Positions 60,984-64,000 of a stretch of 64,000 nt of DNA are shown one piece after another; the first letter of the stretch is position 1; every line of letters begins with the position of its first letter. The notes beneath the pieces are model-generated. The model worked only from the letters and a program-made list of their open reading frames with translations. It was not told where the DNA came from and made no database searches. Source of the stretch: Candidatus Latescibacterota bacterium (GTDB lineage Bacteria; Latescibacterota; UBA2968; UBA8231); contig CBDFJF010000001.1 in NCBI GenBank assembly GCA_965248265.1, forward strand, positions 2,880,001 through 2,944,000, read 5' to 3'. Position numbers and translations under genes: made by a program.

Positions 60984-62159
60984 TTATGAGCTGACCGGCG
61001 CCAGCAATTCCACCAGCGGCGCGTAGCAATAGCGTCGGTTTCTCTTTCTTCCGGTGATCTCGCGCAGGATGCCCAGTCCCTCGAGCTTGCCCACAAGCTG
61101 ATTCGCATTCGCGAAGGTTCTCCCCGTGGTAGCTGCAACCGTGCTGACCGACTGCAGCGGTCGCACTGCCATGGTCTCGACGAGCTTTAGTGCCAGGCGT
61201 GTGCTGGCACCCTTCAGGCTTTCTCCTATCAAATTCCGGTCTTTTGCTATCTGTTTCTCAATATTTTCGATAATAATCAGGTTATCCGTCGCTGCCTCGG
61301 TAGCTGCCTGCAGAAAGTAGGCGAACCAACTCCTCCACTCACCCTGTTCGCGGACCTGCTGCAGCTGCCGGAAGTGTTCGGCCCGATCGCGGTTGAAAAA
61401 CGCCGACAGACTCAACATACTGGCGCGCACACCCGGCTGCCGACTGAACAACAGCGGGATCAGCATTCTTGCCACCCGGCCGTTGCCATCGACGAATGGA
61501 TAAATGGTTTCGAGCTGATAGTAGGCGATGGCGACCTTCAGGCACGGCGCTATGGCGGTGTCGCTGGCGGTCAGGAACCGCTGCAGCGCCGCCATCGCAT
61601 CTCCAACCAGGCCAGGTGCCGGAGGAACGAACCAGGCGGTCTCGAAGGTGCTGCCGGCGGGGCCGATCCAGATTTCCGAGTCTCTGAGCTGACCGGGAAG
61701 GCTGTCACGGCCGCGCACCCGTCGAAACAGTTGCGCATGAAGGGCACGAACCAGCCTCGTCGAATAGCCCTGCTCCGCCATTACCCGCGCACCTAGGTCC
61801 CAGGCCTCGAGATAGTTGGCAGCCAGCCGGAGTTCCCCACGGAGGTCGGCGTCCGCTTCCTCCAGCCTTTGGTCCGCCCGCCACCACAGCAGCTGCGCCA
61901 GCGTAACCTGTCCGCCTTCCATGCGGTTGGAGAGCACGGACTCCCGCAACAGCATCAACTCGGCGAGGAACGCTCCCCCGTCCGCAAGTGCTCTCACGTA
62001 CCCACTCAGATTTCCCAGTGCTCTATCGGCGACTGATACAGCTTCCCAGAGTGCAGAATCCAGTTGCAGCTGCTCGTTTCGAGCCAGCGAAGGTGGCAGC
62101 AGCACGATCCCCGGGCGTTGACGGCGCTGAGTTGGACGAGTTTCCCCGGGCGAATTCAC
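60984..62159 (-). CDS. Fic family protein (N-terminal inhibitory motif, C-terminal wHTH) with catalytic His replaced by Tyr
   Basis: ESVLSNRMEG, PGQLRDSEIWIG, FVPP, ETIYPFVDGNGRVAR, GILREITGRKRNRRY. Confidence 0.88.
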   Translation of the reverse strand: MNSPGETRPTQRRQRPGIVLLPPSLARNEQLQLDSALWEAVSVADRALGNLSGYVRALADGGAFLAELMLLRESVLSNRMEGGQVTLAQLLWWRADQRLEEADADLRGELRLAANYLEAWDLGARVMAEQGYSTRLVRALHAQLFRRVRGRDSLPGQLRDSEIWIGPAGSTFETAWFVPPAPGLVGDAMAALQRFLTASDTAIAPCLKVAIAYYQLETIYPFVDGNGRVARMLIPLLFSRQPGVRASMLSLSAFFNRDRAEHFRQLQQVREQGEWRSWFAYFLQAATEAATDNLIIIENIEKQIAKDRNLIGESLKGASTRLALKLVETMAVRPLQSVSTVAATTGRTFANANQLVGKLEGLGILREITGRKRNRRYCYAPLVELLAPVSS

Positions 62160-62204
62160 AAGAGAAACTCAGGCGATCAAATTTTTGTTCATGATTATGT
62201 CCAT

Positions 62205-63041
62205 TTATCGATAATATCGGCGCAAACGTGCCCATTCGTCCAGAAAAGCCTGCAGGTGGTCTCGGCCCGGCTTCTCCAGCTCCCTTTGCAGCAGCTGCTG
62301 TACCATTTCCTGCTCCTGGCTGTACTCTTCAGACGTGAAAAATCCGGCGAAGTGCGCTACCCGGAGCCACAGGAGATAGGTTGTGAGGGCGTCAAGCTCG
62401 TTGTAGGCGACGATACGGCCGATCTCGCCAGCCATCCACAGATCAACCACATCAGCCCCGGATTCTGAGAACTTGCCGGGTATGCCGCAGACCGTGGCCA
62501 TCTCGTGCAGAGAGGGTCGGCCGCGACCGCGCCCTCCCAGAATGTCGAAGAGGTCGACGTGCCAATCGTTGCCTCCGAAGTAGTCGACTCCCTCCCAGGG
62601 CTTGTCCGGCCGTTGGGCAAAGCCTGGCACCGATACCCCCGCACCCACACCCCGCTGCACCAGGATGCGCAGATCCGCTGCCCCTGAATTGAAGCCGACC
62701 AGCTGTGGTTGGTTCTTGCCGACTCCCTCGAGAAAGCGGAATACCAGGTCGGCTTCGTTGATTTCACCTTCGTCGTGCGAAGGCAGCGAGTTCAGCTGCA
62801 GGCGCACCTCGCCGTCCTCCAACCTGCGACCGACCATGGCAATTGAGACAATGCGACACAACACCGTCTTCAGGTACGGACGTGGATCTTCCTCCGTCGC
62901 CCCACCGCGGCGCCACATTTCCTCCGTGACCTGTGCCGGCTCCATGCTTTCTGGCAGGTCATATACCATCCGTCCAGAGTGCGGATCGGGCACCCACTCG
63001 GCATCGAACGCCCAGACCCTCTCGTGTACTCGCTTGAACAT
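62205..63041 (-). CDS. PolB-exonuclease-like 3'-5' exonuclease (DnaQ superfamily)
   Basis: ExoI FDAEWVPD, ExoII GFNSGAADL, ExoIII YNELDAL, GIPGK. Confidence 0.85.
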   Translation of the reverse strand: MFKRVHERVWAFDAEWVPDPHSGRMVYDLPESMEPAQVTEEMWRRGGATEEDPRPYLKTVLCRIVSIAMVGRRLEDGEVRLQLNSLPSHDEGEINEADLVFRFLEGVGKNQPQLVGFNSGAADLRILVQRGVGAGVSVPGFAQRPDKPWEGVDYFGGNDWHVDLFDILGGRGRGRPSLHEMATVCGIPGKFSESGADVVDLWMAGEIGRIVAYNELDALTTYLLWLRVAHFAGFFTSEEYSQEQEMVQQLLQRELEKPGRDHLQAFLDEWARLRRYYR

Positions 63042-63173
63042 TAACTTTATTTACCCATCAGAGGCATAATTCACTAAATTATCCATCCGGAATTCTGGCG
63101 AGTCGATTGAGTCACCACCCGGGCAGGCGCATTTCCCATTCCCAGCAAGCGCGGCCCAGAAGGAGAGTCTCCC

Positions 63174-63698
63174 ATGTCGTGGGTAACCTACGGCCTTTGT
63201 GCGGTCGTCGTACTTCTGATAATCCTGGTCATTTATCAGTACCTGATTCAGCGCGCCGCGTTGCGCATCGGTGAGATTCTCTACGTCATGGCCGGCAACG
63301 TCCGCGCCAAGGCAACGGAAGTCCGCCGGGACGGCAAGGACGTCGAGATCATCGAGGCTCACCTCTTCGATATCGCCACGTCGGCCCGCAGCATCCTGAG
63401 AGCTCTGGGACGCAGCGAAGAGTCTCTGGGGCCGGACCCATCCCTTACCGTTTCGACCAATGGCAGCAGCCGCATGTCGGCGGACAGCCTGCTGCGCCTG
63501 GCTGACAACATCTTCTTCTCCGTCTCCGAAGAGCAACCCGACGCCGCTTTCGAGGATGTCCAGAACGCGGCCCTTGAACGGTTTCTTAAGAAAGTGCCGA
63601 ACATGGATGCGGAAGCGGCGCGCAAGATCGTCAACGTTGTCGCCCATCAATCCCGCAAGGACAGCAAGCAGCCTTCCTTCGCCCAGGCACGCGCCTGA
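63174..63698 (+). CDS. Hypothetical protein with N-terminal TM helix
   Basis: AAGGAG RBS, hydrophobic N-terminus, host-like codon pattern. Confidence 0.65.
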   Translation: MSWVTYGLCAVVVLLIILVIYQYLIQRAALRIGEILYVMAGNVRAKATEVRRDGKDVEIIEAHLFDIATSARSILRALGRSEESLGPDPSLTVSTNGSSRMSADSLLRLADNIFFSVSEEQPDAAFEDVQNAALERFLKKVPNMDAEAARKIVNVVAHQSRKDSKQPSFAQARA

Positions 63699-63709
63699 AC
63701 CTCCAACAA

Positions 63710-63900
63710 TTATATCGAGACGTATCCCTGCCGCGTTGACCACAGCCCCTTAGCGGCCACCCGGTCTCCGCTTATTCTTTCCCAGTAGCGTGCGTACGAT
63801 TCCACCTGCACGCCGTGGCGCGACGTGTCTACTGCCTCCGTTTTGTAGTCGACGATCTTCCAGCCTCCGTCTGCCACCCGGAAGACGAGGTCGATGACTG
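63710..63900 (-). pseudogene. RecB/AddA-type nuclease C-terminal remnant
   Basis: Manual translation VIDLVFRVADGGWKIVDYKT...QVESYARYWERISGDRVAAKGLW; in-frame TGA about 16 codons upstream. Confidence 0.72.
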
Positions 63901-64000
63901 CTCTTCCGCGTGATTCGACGGGGTGACGGCACGCAGATTCGCCCAGTCACAACCGGCCAGGGCGAGCGCCGTCGTCATGTTGTACCCGGCTTGTATGCTG

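Noticed and set aside
63750-63950. 66-aa track ORF
   Set aside because: Wrong frame; a different frame carries the RecB-type nuclease motifs.

Overview
GC-rich bacterial chromosomal window. The gene content (sulfatases, BNR/sialidase-like proteins, PhyH dioxygenases, Gfo/Idh/MocA oxidoreductases, DUF6785 membrane proteins, ECF-FecR-TonB receptor) resembles FCB-group lineages such as Latescibacterota; this is inference only. Most of the window is catabolic genes. Four things stand out. (i) 37.8-46.9 kb holds a co-oriented DNA-processing set: a degenerate UvrD-like protein, an intact SF1A helicase, a stand-alone 4-Cys PD-(D/E)XK nuclease and RecJ, resembling a split AddAB/AdnAB resection machine. 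(ii) Between its two helicase genes is a string of four different type II TA modules in which three toxins (PIN, DUF4160, HicA) are reduced to short stubs while all four antitoxins stay intact. (iii) 47.4-49.2 kb holds two ~123-bp integron attC sites with no integrase; they bound a novel membrane-protein cassette and a TIR-like (CAP12/Pycsar-type) cassette truncated by an IS3 element that lacks one outer end. (iv) There are several clean deletion scars, including an AddA-type nuclease remnant at the right edge. No rRNA, tRNA or CRISPR array was recognised. All calls come from motif reading, not database searches.
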